Below are positions 42,749-54,466 of a DNA stretch of 64,000 bases, piece after piece. Each line of letters starts with the position of its first letter. Position 1 is the first letter of the stretch. Origin of the DNA: an uncultured delta proteobacterium. GTDB lineage: Bacteria > Desulfobacterota > Binatia > UBA9968. Both the position numbers and the translations under genes were made by a program. The notes below the pieces were generated by a model that was not told the DNA's origin, did no database searches, and saw only the letters and a program-made list of their open reading frames with translations. The stretch is from positions 128,001 through 192,000 of the forward strand of contig CAWJZV010000007.1 in assembly GCA_963847445.1 (NCBI GenBank), read 5' to 3'.

Positions 42749-42845
42749 TCAGTACCTTTGTACTAAACTAAACGTCGTACAACTGCTAACCAAAGACTCC
42801 GATAACTAATCACGACGTTACTTTCGACAGCGCCTTCTACCCAAA

Positions 42846-42946
42846 TTCGACTCACCACGACGGGCTCGACTTCATACAAGCCGTTGACAATTTTTTCTAT
42901 GCCGGCTTCATCGATCTGGTCAATGATCTCGGGCTTGGCTTTTTCC
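42846..42946 (-). pseudogene. Degenerate 3' remnant of a tctC-like gene
   Basis: Aligns to 62490-62587 (GACGGCGGGCTCGATTTCATACAATCCGTT...GCTTGGCCTTTTCC). Confidence 0.7.
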
Positions 42947-43118
42947 TAGTCTAAGACTCAACCCGTCTCTCTAGCTTGCGAACGCCTACGCAGTGATGGC
43001 TCACTGAGACCCTCAACGGATAACTACCGACGTCTTCCAGCTTGTTCGTCAAAGCCCCGCGGCGCATCGTTAGCGAAAGTGACCAGCTAGCGCTTGCCGA
43101 GCGTGAGGAAAGGTTAAT

Positions 43119-43474
43119 GGACGTTGTTGACTAGCTGGACAAAGTCTAAGGGATAGCAGACAGAGTCAGAGGCGGTAAGCGTCGCTACCGCAAGCAAGGC
43201 TCGATAGTCCAGGGAGGCTTCACCGTGGGATGATTCGAGGGATCCATGCGTGGGTTATCGGGGAGGCGCACTGGACAAATGTCGTATGGCTGACAGAATT
43301 CAGAAACGGCAGCCGACGTGGAAAGATGCCTACGATAGGAGCGTCATTCGGATGCAAGTTGGTAGAAGATTTTGCCGTCACGATCGCCGAGATAGCGCTG
43401 CAACTTGGAAAATTGACTTCAGGATTTTTGAAGTTATTGACGAAACGTTTGTCCTGCTAGTCAACAACGTACCC
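43119..43474. mobile_element. MITE family M, full copy 1
   Basis: Inverted ends GGACGTTGTTGACTAGCTGGACAAA / TTTGTCCTGCTAGTCAACAACGT; TAA on both flanks. Confidence 0.85.
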
Positions 43475-43560
43475 TAATTCTCACTTTCTGATCCTATTGC
43501 AAAACCATCGTCCCCCGATAATATGTTCGAACCATTTGAATTTACCGAGGAGGATTTTTC

Positions 43561-44403
43561 ATGGGCCGAATCACACACATGGCGATGTGTACAAATAACA
43601 ACCGTCGTCTCGCCAGGTTCTATAAGATTGTCTTTGGTTGGGACGAAGTTTGGAATCCTTTCCAGAACAGTCCTCATGCATTTTATATCGGTGACGGCTA
43701 TTTCAATCTCAACTGCTTGCAGATTCGACCGGGTGCGGCCAAGCCAAAGCCGCAGGCCGGCGTCGGAAATAGCCGGGGTGCCGGGGTTGTCGTTGACGGC
43801 AAAGTGATTCTGCCGGAAGTGGGTATGAATCATATCGGCTTTCAGGTTGACGACCTCGCCGAAGCCAATCGCCGACTCGCGAGCTTGACGCCGGCGATTA
43901 CTCCCGTTGCCAGTCCGAACGATGGCCGTTATGAAGATCAGCGGTTCATCGATCTTGCGGGCAACGATATCGAACTCAGCCAACGCGTCTGGGACCCTGG
44001 GCCAAAGATGAAACCTGCCATGGCTCGCCACGTCGCCTACAACACGGAGGATCCGGACCGTTCAGCGGAGTTTTTCAAGTTTGCCCTCGATATGAAACAG
44101 GTCGGCCGCAAGGAGTCGAAAACGACGGGCATGGCGGCCGTGTATCTTTCGGATGGCACTATGAATCTAGCGCTTGTGAAAAACCCACCGATCGCGAAAA
44201 CGAGCGTGCAGCTGCTTGGCATAAAGGTGCCGAGCATCAAAGAAGTCGGCGAACGCTTGCGTGAATCGGGTGATTTTCTTTACCCGGGCGAGCCTCAGGT
44301 GGTACTCCGCGAACGGCCGGCGGACAGTCCTTATAAAACCGTGTACCTGCGCGATCCGGATGGAAACGAGATCGATGTATCCGAAGAAGGCTGGGAAGTC
44401 TAG
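43561..44403 (+). CDS. VOC/glyoxalase family protein (two domains)
   Basis: ITHMAM, MNHIGFQVDD, DLAGNDIEL, RHVAY, DPDGNEIDV. Confidence 0.88.
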   Translation: MGRITHMAMCTNNNRRLARFYKIVFGWDEVWNPFQNSPHAFYIGDGYFNLNCLQIRPGAAKPKPQAGVGNSRGAGVVVDGKVILPEVGMNHIGFQVDDLAEANRRLASLTPAITPVASPNDGRYEDQRFIDLAGNDIELSQRVWDPGPKMKPAMARHVAYNTEDPDRSAEFFKFALDMKQVGRKESKTTGMAAVYLSDGTMNLALVKNPPIAKTSVQLLGIKVPSIKEVGERLRESGDFLYPGEPQVVLRERPADSPYKTVYLRDPDGNEIDVSEEGWEV

Positions 44404-44565
44404 CAGGTTGCTAAAAAGATCCAGAGGCGAGGCGCGCATAATCCGTGATCGTGTCGTTGAATCGTGACCGTGAAATCCGCGCGCGCGAACATGCCGCGCG
44501 AACACGAAATCACGCGAGGCGATTGAGCGCAACAAAGCCTATGGGTCTTTTTCAGCAGCCTGCTA
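44401..44565. mobile_element. MITE with TAGCAGG(T/C)TGCT(A/G)AAAA ends, inserted at the VOC stop codon
   Basis: TAGCAGGTTGCTAAAAAG...CTTTTTCAGCAGCCTGCTA. Confidence 0.8.
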
Positions 44566-44594
44566 AAACAAATTGCCAATAGGTATCCAACATC

Positions 44595-45557
44595 ATGATA
44601 AAAATCGCTGGCCTGGCATTATTATTGTTGCTTACGCAGGTTGATCCGGCACTCTCGGCGCCGCTGCGGATCTCGTACGCCGCGATTGCCGCGAATATCG
44701 CGGGCATCTGGATGGCGGAAGGGAGCGGAGCACTTAAAAAATACGGCCTGGATGTTCAGTTTGTCTACATTCCGTCGAGTGGAACCAATGTGCAGGCTTT
44801 GCTAGGCGGCAACATTGACGTGATGGTAGCCGGCAGCAGCGGTCTCGTCAGCGCCGCGGTTCGCGGCGCGCCGCTGGTCGCCATTGCGTCGCAGATGAAC
44901 CGCCCCCCGGTTACCCTTTATGTTCAGCCGGAGATCACGCATCCGGATCAGCTGAAGAATCAGTTTTTGGGTATCACCCAATACGGTTCGTCGACTCATG
45001 CGCTGTCGATCCTGGTGTTGCGTAAACTTGGGTTGGAAAAAAGTGTCAATCTAAGGCCTCTCGGAGGAACACCAGCGGTTCAAGCTGCCTTCGAGCAAAA
45101 GATAATCGCCGGGATGCTGACAACCATCAAACCCAAGATCGCGGCGCGGCCGCTGCTGAATGCGGCGGATTTAGACATCCCCTATCCGATGAGCATCATC
45201 GCCGTTAACAGAAGCTTTCTGCAGAGCAATAGAGAGACGTTGGAGCGCTTGCTGCGGGCTTACGTCGAAGGGGTAGCAATGATGGTCCATGACAAAGATC
45301 GAGCCGTGAAGATACTCGCAAAATACCTGCGTCGAACGGATCCAGTTTTTCTCGACGAGACCTATACACTGGTGCGAACCTATACGGAGCGTACTCCTCG
45401 ATTCGATCCGCGAGCCATTCCAACACTTTTGGAATTTGAGCATACCAAGGGAATCAATGCCGATGCCCTCACGGCCAAAGTCATCGATAACAGCATTGTC
45501 GATCAGCTCGTCCAAGAGAAATTTATCGAGAAACTATACGGCAAAGAAGTTCGCTAG
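44595..45557 (+). CDS. ABC transporter substrate-binding protein (SsuA/THI5-like)
   Basis: Signal peptide, LKKYGLDV, LLRAYVEG, IDNSIVDQL. Confidence 0.88.
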   Translation: MIKIAGLALLLLLTQVDPALSAPLRISYAAIAANIAGIWMAEGSGALKKYGLDVQFVYIPSSGTNVQALLGGNIDVMVAGSSGLVSAAVRGAPLVAIASQMNRPPVTLYVQPEITHPDQLKNQFLGITQYGSSTHALSILVLRKLGLEKSVNLRPLGGTPAVQAAFEQKIIAGMLTTIKPKIAARPLLNAADLDIPYPMSIIAVNRSFLQSNRETLERLLRAYVEGVAMMVHDKDRAVKILAKYLRRTDPVFLDETYTLVRTYTERTPRFDPRAIPTLLEFEHTKGINADALTAKVIDNSIVDQLVQEKFIEKLYGKEVR

Positions 45558-45747
45558 AAGCGGCATCGCCAGGCTTTACGTTGGCGCTCGCCGCAGCACG
45601 ACGCAGTAATTCGCTTGTCAGAACTTAACTCTACGTTTCAGCAAGCTGTCGCAAGACCCGGCGCGCCTGGCGGTCGTCGTCGATAAGCAAATTTCATCGC
45701 GGATTTGCCGTCCGCTAATTTCATTTCAGCGGATCCATTGGGTTGCA

Positions 45748-45890
45748 GGACGTTGTTGACTAGCTGGACAAAGTCCAAGGGATAGCCGAGAGAGCCGGTG
45801 TGGGATCTCCGAGATAGCGTTCCAATCAGAAATTTGACTTAAGAATTTTAAAGTTATTGACGAAACGTTTGTCCCGCTAGTCAACAACGT
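45748..45890. mobile_element. MITE family M, internally deleted copy
   Basis: Same inverted ends, 143 bp. Confidence 0.85.
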
Positions 45891-45928
45891 TTATGCGTGA
45901 AATATCTTCGCGTCACCTTTTCTCACCC

Positions 45929-47182
45929 TCAGCGGACCGGCTGCGTGCGGTCTACGGCCGCGCCGCGCAAGATCACCGCTGAGATGCGTCGCGTGTTGGT
46001 GATATCGTCCAGCGGGTTTGCGTCGAGAACGATAAAGTCGGCGCTCTTGCCGGCTGCCAGCGTGCCGGCGTCGGCGAGCCGCAACAACTCGGCTGAATTG
46101 CGCGTCGCCGCCACGATGACTTGCATCGGCGTCATCCCGGAGCTCACCATGTCTAGCATCTCTTCGTGCGGACCCCACGGCCGGTTGCCGTCGGTGCCGA
46201 GCGTGATGCGCACACCCGCCGCATTCAGTTTCGCCAGATTGCGCGCCTGAATCCCGAACAGGGCCTGCGCCTTGGGCCGATCCGTGTTAGCCGCTTCGAG
46301 TTTTTTCAATTCGTCGGCCGGAAGGCTCGCGAGCAGCCAGCTTAAGTCACTCTTCACGCCTCGATCCGGCAGGTTCGGAATGAGCACCAGGTTGGGACGC
46401 TGCTTGAACATGGCGACCACTTCGTCGTCGATGTCCTTGTCGCGAATGCCGTGCGCGAAAACGTCGAGCCCGGCGCGAATCAGCCCCTTCGCGTCCTCGA
46501 GACTTAGAATGTGCGCCGCGACTCGTAATCCGCGCTTGTGCGCCTCATCGATGATGGCGCCATACATTTCAGGGGTCAGCTTCTTGTACTTGCCGTCCCG
46601 GTCGTCGACCCAGATCTTGACGATGTCCGCCTTGTGACCTGCAATCTCCGCGACCGCCTTGCGGCCTTCCGCCGCAGTCGTAATCCAGTAAGGCACGGTG
46701 GAGCGCCCCGGCTCGGGCGTCGTGATGCCCCGCCCCGCGCTGCGAAAGCGCGCAGCGCCGGGAATCGTCTCGTCGCGGATATTGAGCAGGCCGTATCCGT
46801 CCGAGTTGCCCATGCTCAACGCCGCGCTCACGCCGTAGTAGGCGCGCTGCTTCAAGTCGCGTATGAGCGCCTCGCGGGTTTCGCCGAGATGGACGTGGGT
46901 GTCGACGATCATCGGCATCACGCTCTTGCCTGCGAGGTTCACGCGCCTGGCGCCGGCGGGCACGCGAACATCGGCGGCTCCGCCGACCTGTGCGATTTTC
47001 GTGTCCTCGACAACCAACGTCGCGTTCTCGATCACGCGTCCGTCGCCCACGATCAGCCGCGCGCCTTCGTACGCCGTGACGGAGCGCTCGGACACCGGCA
47101 TCGCGCATCCACCAAGGAAACCAAGGGTAATGACCGCCGCTACTGCGGCCAGATTCACTCGGTGCATAGAAACCTCCATCAT
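45929..47182 (-). CDS. Amidohydrolase family lipoprotein
   Basis: LGGC lipobox, DTHVH, AAHI, FAHG, LGTD, GKSADFIVLDANPL. Confidence 0.9.
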   Translation of the reverse strand: MMEVSMHRVNLAAVAAVITLGFLGGCAMPVSERSVTAYEGARLIVGDGRVIENATLVVEDTKIAQVGGAADVRVPAGARRVNLAGKSVMPMIVDTHVHLGETREALIRDLKQRAYYGVSAALSMGNSDGYGLLNIRDETIPGAARFRSAGRGITTPEPGRSTVPYWITTAAEGRKAVAEIAGHKADIVKIWVDDRDGKYKKLTPEMYGAIIDEAHKRGLRVAAHILSLEDAKGLIRAGLDVFAHGIRDKDIDDEVVAMFKQRPNLVLIPNLPDRGVKSDLSWLLASLPADELKKLEAANTDRPKAQALFGIQARNLAKLNAAGVRITLGTDGNRPWGPHEEMLDMVSSGMTPMQVIVAATRNSAELLRLADAGTLAAGKSADFIVLDANPLDDITNTRRISAVILRGAAVDRTQPVR

Positions 47183-47260
47183 TGGATATGTGCCCTAGCT
47201 ATTGAGTAGCTCGGTCTTCCTATCACATGAGCCAGATTTCGAAAACATTGCCCGGTTTGT

Positions 47261-47480
47261 ATTTCTTATGCGTCAAGTCAGGGGAAGAGCAGAGGAACGC
47301 CCCCAGCTGGTTTATCTGGCGCGGGAGTGGAGCGGGATAACGATCAAGGAGTTGGGGCGGCGGCTGCATCGGGACCCGTCGATGATTAGCCGGTTGTACG
47401 GTTGGTACCAGGGACATCGGAATAGACAAACGGAAGAGAGGCTGACCCGAGCACTGTCTAAATAATCAATACTCAGGCCC
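47261..47480 (+). mobile_element. 3' (HTH) stub of a third RAYT-like transposase
   Basis: LVYLAREWSGITIKELGRRLHRDPSMISRLY, followed by AATCAATACTCAGGCCC. Confidence 0.75.
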
Positions 47481-47513
47481 TATGCCTGCCTATGCCTGGA
47501 CATCTGTGTATCA

Positions 47514-47559
47514 GGATTGCGCCTTGCAGTGGGAAAATGTGCTATTGCAAGACCTCGCC
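47514..47559 (+). repeat. RAYT-end-derived hairpin, copy 4
   Basis: GGATTGCGCCTTGCAGTGGGAAAATGTGCTATTGCAAGACCTCGCC. Confidence 0.7.
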
Positions 47560-47708
47560 TTAAGTACTGTGATTATCGGAGATATCTTCTTTCCTTCCTG
47601 AATGATAGCTTTACGGCGAGGATCAGAATCGCATTTCACAATTTGACGACATACTCACCAAAGACCTTAGCCGAATTCTTGAAATCCGAAAAAAGGATAA
47701 AGCGATAT

Positions 47709-47940
47709 ATGAAGATCTATCTAGCAGGGGCCAATCTAAATACACTCGATCGCAAATTTGAAAATGTTTACCAGGAAAAGGGCGGCAAGATATTGGAACG
47801 CAGCTTTTGAGATAAAGAGTGGTCGAGCCCAAGTCGAGCTGATGTGTTACCTACATCAGAGACTTTGCAAAGATGGCAGGCAAGTGTTGGAGGATATGCG
47901 GCAAGACGAAGACAATAATGTTTGGATCACCGTAATTTAA
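47709..47940 (+). CDS. Small AT-rich hypothetical protein (frameshifted) between two hairpins
   Basis: MKIYLAGANLNTLDRKFENVYQE continuing in another frame as RYWNAAFEIKSGRAQVELMCYLHQRLC...WITVI*. Confidence 0.4.
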
Positions 47941-47962
47941 TTCTTCATCCAGTGGTTGCTGT

Positions 47963-48008
47963 GGTCGAGTCTTGGATTGCGACAAATGTCTGATCTCAAG
48001 ACCTGGGC
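47963..48008 (+). repeat. RAYT-end-derived hairpin, copy 5
   Basis: GGTCGAGTCTTGGATTGCGACAAATGTCTGATCTCAAGACCTGGGC. Confidence 0.75.
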
Positions 48009-48483
48009 TCGGCGTCGCTGGCGCTATCTCAAATTCTTCCAACACCTCCGCGCTCGGTAATCCGATCGCCACGGCGTGGCGCCGATAACCCATATTCACA
48101 CTGACCCGAAGCTCTATTGGTTTCTTGCCTGACACGCAGCCCTCCTTCTGTAAAACAAGATCGATTCATCATCCTTCGGTCTCCTCTACTTACAGAGCCA
48201 CGTATTCGGTGAGAAGATGGCACCATCATCGATTCCTCAGATGATGCAGGTGACGAGGGCGGCATTTCAAGCCGTTGCGAGCCTGAAAGAACAGGCCACT
48301 GACCCCAAGAGCCACACCCTCGTCAGAAACTTCTTTAGTCGATTCTTTTCGTTTCCGCTACCTGTTAGATTCCGATGGTAGACCCTATGCCGATGCGCGA
48401 TCAACGGACGTGCTAACAGGGGTAGCTGGGGGTATTCGCGCCGGCAGCACAGCAAAATGCGAGTTCAATAACGGGATTATTTC

Positions 48484-49556
48484 ATGGCCAAAGAGAGGAA
48501 AGCAAAGATCAAAACGTCTAACGTCTTCCTCGATACGGAAGTCTTTGTTGAAGCAAGCTTCAACTACAATTCACCACGCTTCGCATCTCTTACCGAGCTT
48601 GCTAAAACTCAACGAATAACGGTTTTCCTAACCGACCTGGTATTACGCGGGATAAAGGCCAACATCAAAGACACTGTTGAACGCGCTATCGCCGCATCAA
48701 GGCCTCAGCCAATATTTCGAAACTCGTCAGTACCCCAGGTGAAGGCGCTATTCAAGGGGCTCGACGCTGCTGCCATAAGAAGAGGACCTTTTCACTCAAC
48801 TCGATGCTTTCATCAAGAACGCTGATATCACAATCTTAGCGGTGAAAAACCAGTTCCTCACTCCGGTCCTTGATAATTATTTTAATCGACTTCCTCCATT
48901 CGGTATCGGGAAGAACAAAGCGGAATTCCCCGACTCCTTGAACATTGAAACGCTTAAAGAATGGTGTCGCACAAAAAAACAAAACATGGCCATTGTCACC
49001 CGAGATCAAGGAATAAAGGCTGCCTGCTCAGATGATGGACCTTGTTACCATTTCGAGGACCTTCCCAAATTTCTTGATGCAGTGGCCTCGGAAGGCAAGG
49101 CTCTTTCAGGATTCATTCGCAAGATGATCAGGCGTTTTGACGACAAGAGATCCTGAAAAAAGCCGAGTACGCGTTTCCGAACCTCGGTTTCTATTTAGAG
49201 GACCAGGAAGGTGACGTTAACACCGTTGAAGTGACCGAAATAGAGTACGACGGAAAAATCGAGATCATTTCGCTGGCGACTGAGACAGCAATAGTCGAGA
49301 TGCCTGCAACGATTACCTTCGACGCCGAAATAAGCTACGACGACTCTAGTACCGGGATCTGGGATAGTGAGGACAAGGTCCTCCTCTTCCAAGAAACGAA
49401 AGAGGAAACGGTGACATCGACGAGTGCATCGCAGCATCGCTGTTCGAGATGAGTTTTAAGCCTCTACAACCCAGTTCCTTCCATATACGCCGCGTCTGGT
49501 TCGAGGGGAAGCAGGATATCCCGGTCGAATCGGACGAGGGTTGGCCTTACAAGTAG
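48484..49556 (+). CDS. PIN-like (DUF4935) domain protein with several frameshifts
   Basis: VFLDTEVF, YFNRLPPF..KKAEFPD-like motif, IVTRD; acidic C-terminal region. Confidence 0.8.
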
Positions 49557-49592
49557 CACGGCATCCGATTTGACGGGCAAAGCGGTCAAGCC

Positions 49593-49933
49593 ACGTTGTT
49601 GAATAGCTGGACAAAGTCTAAGGGATAGCCGACAGATAAGTCGGAGGCGATAATAAGCAAGGCTCGATAGTGCGGGTACGCTCCAGTATTACGATGATCC
49701 GGGGGATCAAGGTGGTTATCTCGGAGGCGTGCAAGATAAACGGCATATCGCTGACAGAACTCAGAAGCGGCAGCCGACGTAGAAAGATGCCTACGATAAA
49801 AGTACCATTCAGGTGCAAGTTGGTGAAAGATTTTGCCGTAGCGATCGCCGAGATAGCGCTCCAACTCGGAAAATCGACTTCAGGGTTTTTAAAGTTATTG
49901 ACGAAATGTTTGTCCAGCTAGTCAACAACGTCC
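49593..49933. mobile_element. MITE family M, full copy 2
   Basis: Same ends; collinear with 43119-43474 but diverged. Confidence 0.85.
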
Positions 49934-50879
49934 GGTTTATCCCCCTCCTTTGTACCGCCCTGATCATGAACGAGTTGTCTCTGCGAATCTTTTTAAGGCG
50001 TCAACGCTTTCTCTAAACTCAGCTTAAGAAGGAAGTCCCGGTGCTTTTGACTTGATTCATATTCCGGCAGGATATCGTTCGCCTAATATGCGCCGCACAA
50101 TTTTGCGTGTGAGCTTTTGGATTTCGTTAAGCTCCTCGATCCTAGCTCGCGCACCAGAACCGTGGATTATTCTCGACCTGATTCCATAGAGGCGCTTCGC
50201 CTGTTTATAAATATCTTTTCTCTCTTCGGGGCGGGTCCCGAGTAGAACGGCACATGTCGTGGCTAACCTATGCGTTACCTCGGTATCGCTTGCTGAGCAG
50301 AGAGCTTCAAGTGCAACAGCTTCCTGCAAAAATCGAATCGACGTGTTGAAGGAATATGAGCCAAGCTGGAGAGCATCCAAAGCAGTTCTCATAGCGTGGT
50401 AATGCCTATCAGGTTTTTTCCAAATAGATCGTATCAATGGTCGTGGTCAGTGCCGATGCCTCGGTCAAGTCTCTGAACTCGAGACGATCATTTAACGTTG
50501 AATAAGGCCAGTGGTGCCTGCTGGTGATTCTGACTGTGGCTCCCGTCCTCACGCCAGCTAAATCGTATGTCGCTATTAAAACTCCAAAGCTTTTCATTAA
50601 CGTTGAGCGCCGACCAATATGCGGTCTAGCTTCTTGTTGGCTTGATCAATGGTGGCTTGGGTGCCCGCCGCCACAGATACATGCATGGCAACACTTACAA
50701 AATTATCTGCATTGAGGGCTTGTAAAACTGTTTTTGCTCCAAATTCGTGCTTGAAGGGCTCATCATCGAACATGTTGAGATTGCCAAGCTGATCTTCGCC
50801 TTACGAGCTTATAGCCGTTTGCGAGCTCAGTATCATCTGCTTGAGGAACGTCAATCACAGTTTCAAGTATGGGCAATAC

Positions 50880-52210
50880 CACTACTGTCCGGACGTTGAG
50901 CAGGTCTGAAAGCTGTAATTGGTTGATTTGAAATAGATAACTCATGAGTTTGCTTGGTCTCGATTTGAATCTTCGCACGCGTCATTTGCCATCCTGCGAG
51001 GAACTCACTCGCAGGAGGTCTGCGATGAACTCGGGCAAACTGGTGTTCGCGCAAATCACGCGAGCATCTGCCGCTGACGACGTTTCGCCGTTGCGTGGCG
51101 CGCTACGGCGGGAGCCACAAGGTCAAAAGCTTTTCTTGTCTCGATCAGTATCTCTGCATGGCGTTTGCTCAACTGACCTATCGAGAAAGCTTGCGCGACA
51201 TCGAAGCGTGTCTGCGCGCGCAAGCGGGCAAGCTCTACCACATGGGCATCAAGAGCCGAGTATCGCGCAGCACCCTGGCCGATGCCAACGAGAGCCGCGA
51301 CTGGCGCATCTACGCCGACTTTGCCCAGTCGCTCATTGCCATCGCCCGCCGTCTCTATGCCGCCGAACCCTTTGGCGTCGATCTGAAAGATACGGTCTAC
51401 GCTCTGGATGCCAGCACCATCGATCTGTGCCTGTCGGTATTTCCCTGGGCGCCGTTTCGCTCGACCAAGGCGGCTATCAAGCTGCACACGCTGTTGGACC
51501 TGCGCGGCAACATCCCCTCGTTCCTCCACATCAGCGACGGCAAACTGCACGACGTCAATGTCCTCGACCTGTTGCTGCCCGAGCCCGGCGCTTTCTACAT
51601 CATGGACCGAGGCTACATCGACTTCGATCGGCTTTATCGCCTGCACGAGGCGAAAAGCTTCTTTGTGACTCGCGCCAAGTCCAATCTCAAAGCCCAGCGC
51701 CGTTATTCCCATCCCGTCGATCGAAGCACCGGGTTGATTTGCGATCAGACCATCGTGCTCACCGGCTTTTACTCGCAAGCAGGACTTCGACACGCCACTG
51801 CGCCGGGTCCGGTTCAAAGACCCCACAACCGGCAAGCGCCTGGTGTTCCTCACCAACAATTTCACCTTGCCGGCGTTCACCATCACCGAGCTTTATCGCT
51901 GCCGGTGGCAGGTCGAATTGTTTTTCAAATGGATCAAGCAGCATCTTCGTATCAAAGTGTTCTTCGGCACCTCCGAGAACGCGGTCAAGACTCAAATCTG
52001 GATCGCCGTCTCGGTTTACGTGCTGGTCGCCATCGTCAAAAAACGACTCAACCTCTCGGCCAGCTTGTATGAAATATTACAGATCTTGAGCCTGACCATG
52101 TTCGAACGAATCCCGTTAGATCAACTACTTAACAAGATCGTCACCGATGACATTCAACTCGGTTTCACCTAATCAACTGAATTTGTTCGATTAACGTCCG
52201 GACACTAGTG
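50880..52210 (+). mobile_element. IS4-family insertion sequence, 1331 bp
   Basis: TIR CACTA(C/G)TGTCCGGACGTT; 9-bp direct repeat GGGCAATAC at 50871-50879 and 52211-52219. Confidence 0.95.
51025..52194 (+). CDS. IS4 family DDE transposase (DUF4372), frameshifted
   Basis: RESLRDIE, ALDASTIDL, MDRGYID, YRCRWQVELFFKWIKQHL. Confidence 0.92.
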
Positions 52211-52340
52211 GGGCAATACGTTGATTGAAAAGATCGTTTTGGCATAGTTCCGTCCGACTCCACAAACGCTATATAGAAGCTTTAAGGGGACGATGTCATT
52301 GTCGCCTTCGATGTCTCGCCAATTCGTGATAGATCAAATA

Positions 52341-52720
52341 GGGCAAATCCGCTTTTTACTCTTTGCCAAAGCCTCCTCAATTCTTCGTACTCGACGGGCG
52401 AGCTTTTTTTCCTGTACCACTCTCGAGTTCATCCGCAAAAACGCCGATCTCACCGATGAGGTTTTTCTCCAATCCCACCGCTCTACCGATGTGCCCGCCT
52501 ACTTGCCGACTCGTTACATCGCTACCAACAAAGCCTTGCCCTCATTGTCGCGCTTACTCTTACCCCTCAATGACTCGGACCGTTTTGCGTACTCGCGAGC
52601 CGTTGCTTCGACTATTTCGTCGATCCCAGTCCCAAAGATTTCTCGCGATGGTGAGCTTCTCCTCCTCCGCTTCGCGCCCTTTCCCTTGAGCTTTTCTATA
52701 ACCCGTTCAATAAATACACA
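52341..52720 (-). mobile_element. Degenerate 3' part of RAYT family B
   Basis: Minus-strand fragments FIERVIEKLKG, DEIVEATAREY, KTSSVRSAFLRM..EKKLARRVRRIEE; end GGGCAAATCCGCT. Confidence 0.7.
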
Positions 52721-52815
52721 CGCTGAACTCTACTTGCCAAAGCGCGACCTTCGCGGCTAAAGTGGTGGGGATTGCATATTGAGCATTAACCCCAGAGTTA
52801 CGTTCGGAAACAATC

Positions 52816-54178
52816 ATGTTGCACGAAAAAGCAGCTGAAGCCTACGATACCACGATGGCGAACATACCTTCTCGCATCGTACACCAAACCGCACGGAATC
52901 CTATTAACCAAGAAAGCGGAGATGTTTACATAAAAGCAAGCTACGGTCCAGAGAACATCATACCGGGGACCCTTCGGGAATACATGGTCAACTATAAAGG
53001 CGAAAAAATTGCTTGTTACTTTGATTCGCCTGCCGGACTGGTCGGTATTGTCGGCGAGGACCATAAAACTCTTGTTACCGTCGCGCACCGTATCGCCAAC
53101 GATAAGGTATATCGTGACTCGCTGAGTACGGAGTTCGTTTACCGGTCAAGTATCGATTGGGTACAAGCGCGAGTTGCTAATTCTACAAATACACCGCAAA
53201 AATTTACGGAGTTTATTGATTCCGCAGCATCGAAAGCAATCAAACGTCACGAAGTTTGGCTACCAATTCCAATCGTAACGATTCCCAAACCTTTTAGAAT
53301 TGGATCGGTAACGTTTCGGCGGGTAACCAAAGGGATGATGGATGATTACGAAAAAACATATTCAGAAACCGATCCTGAAGCAAAGGTTGCCTTCAATCGG
53401 TTGAGAGCAAGAATACAAGGGATAACGGCGGCTATTGTTACGGTAAATGCAGAACCCGTACGGGGGAAAGAAATTGCATATCAGAAAGCGGAGGAAGCCA
53501 TCTGCATCCTGCGACTTGCGTGCCCTTCGATGATTAATCCGCATGAGTGGGCACCTCTCGATCCTAGTTTTTTTGATCGCCCTACTCAGATGGCATTACA
53601 GGTCCAAAACATGAAAATTGTCGGTCAAACGCACTCAGCTTATCCGCAAATGTTACACCAATGGGTAGTGAATTCAGATGAAGTCGACAGCAATCTTAAA
53701 GGAATATGGGCGTGCGGCCACAATCTAATAATCTCAAACCGCAACGAATTCCAAAATATTCTACTTGGTGCTGCCAATCCACTTGTCCAAGAGTCTTCTT
53801 AAGCCGGATCTTGCTGAAAGATTGCTGTACGTAGTTACGGCACTCGAAGCGATTTTTGTAAGAGATTCAACTGAGAATATTGTTCAAAATCTTCGAGAAC
53901 GCATGGCGATCTTGTCAGGTCCTGGAAAAGACGACCGTCTGCGAAAGCGCGATATGATACCTAAAATCTACCAGTTGCGTTCAGATTTTGTCCATCACGG
54001 AGTTGGTCTGAATGACATTTCACTACTGGAGGATTTCTCTTTTGAAGCATTAGCGACAATTCAATTTCTATTTCACAATTACAAAAAATGGCGCACCAAA
54101 GCAGATTTCCTCAGATCTCTCGATGATCATAAGTTTGCAGCGCCTGAATTTAATACAGAGGGTATGCCCGACGTGTGA
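52816..54178 (+). CDS. HEPN (ApeA-like) domain protein; frameshift near 53770
   Basis: TALEAIF...IYQLRSDFVHHG (RxxxxH); low GC. Confidence 0.82.
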
Positions 54179-54466
54179 TAAAAGTCGATTAGGATAAATC
54201 TATACAGGCTGTTTAAAAACCTAGGGTTTCAAGAAAAATGATCACGGCGTCTTAGTCTTGTGAGAAATTGCTTTCCAAACACTGTTGGCGGGAGGCAACG
54301 TGCGACACTCGCGATATTCCGTGATTTTTATGTCTACCAGGTTTCGTTTATTTGCTTGTTATAAAACATTGTCGTCGGCTGAGGGAGGCCACCACGCCAT
54401 TATCAGAGAAGCAAAGACACCGACGCGTCCTCCATGTACTGAAATGGATAGCCAGAGGGCACAAGA

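Larger units (their letters stand above)
49993..52245 (-). pseudogene. HEPN (ApeA-like) domain gene interrupted by IS4
   Basis: ALEAL...LYGIRSRIIHG; the frame AKTIFSINVLP|ILETVIDV is restored when the IS and one direct repeat are removed. Confidence 0.75.

Noticed and set aside
43230-43460. Similar short ORFs at 43230-43460 and 49670-49921
   Set aside because: The similarity simply reflects the MITE copies; starts differ and no protein family is recognisable.
52293-52760. 155-aa plus-strand ORF
   Set aside because: It is the antisense of a decayed RAYT C-terminus.
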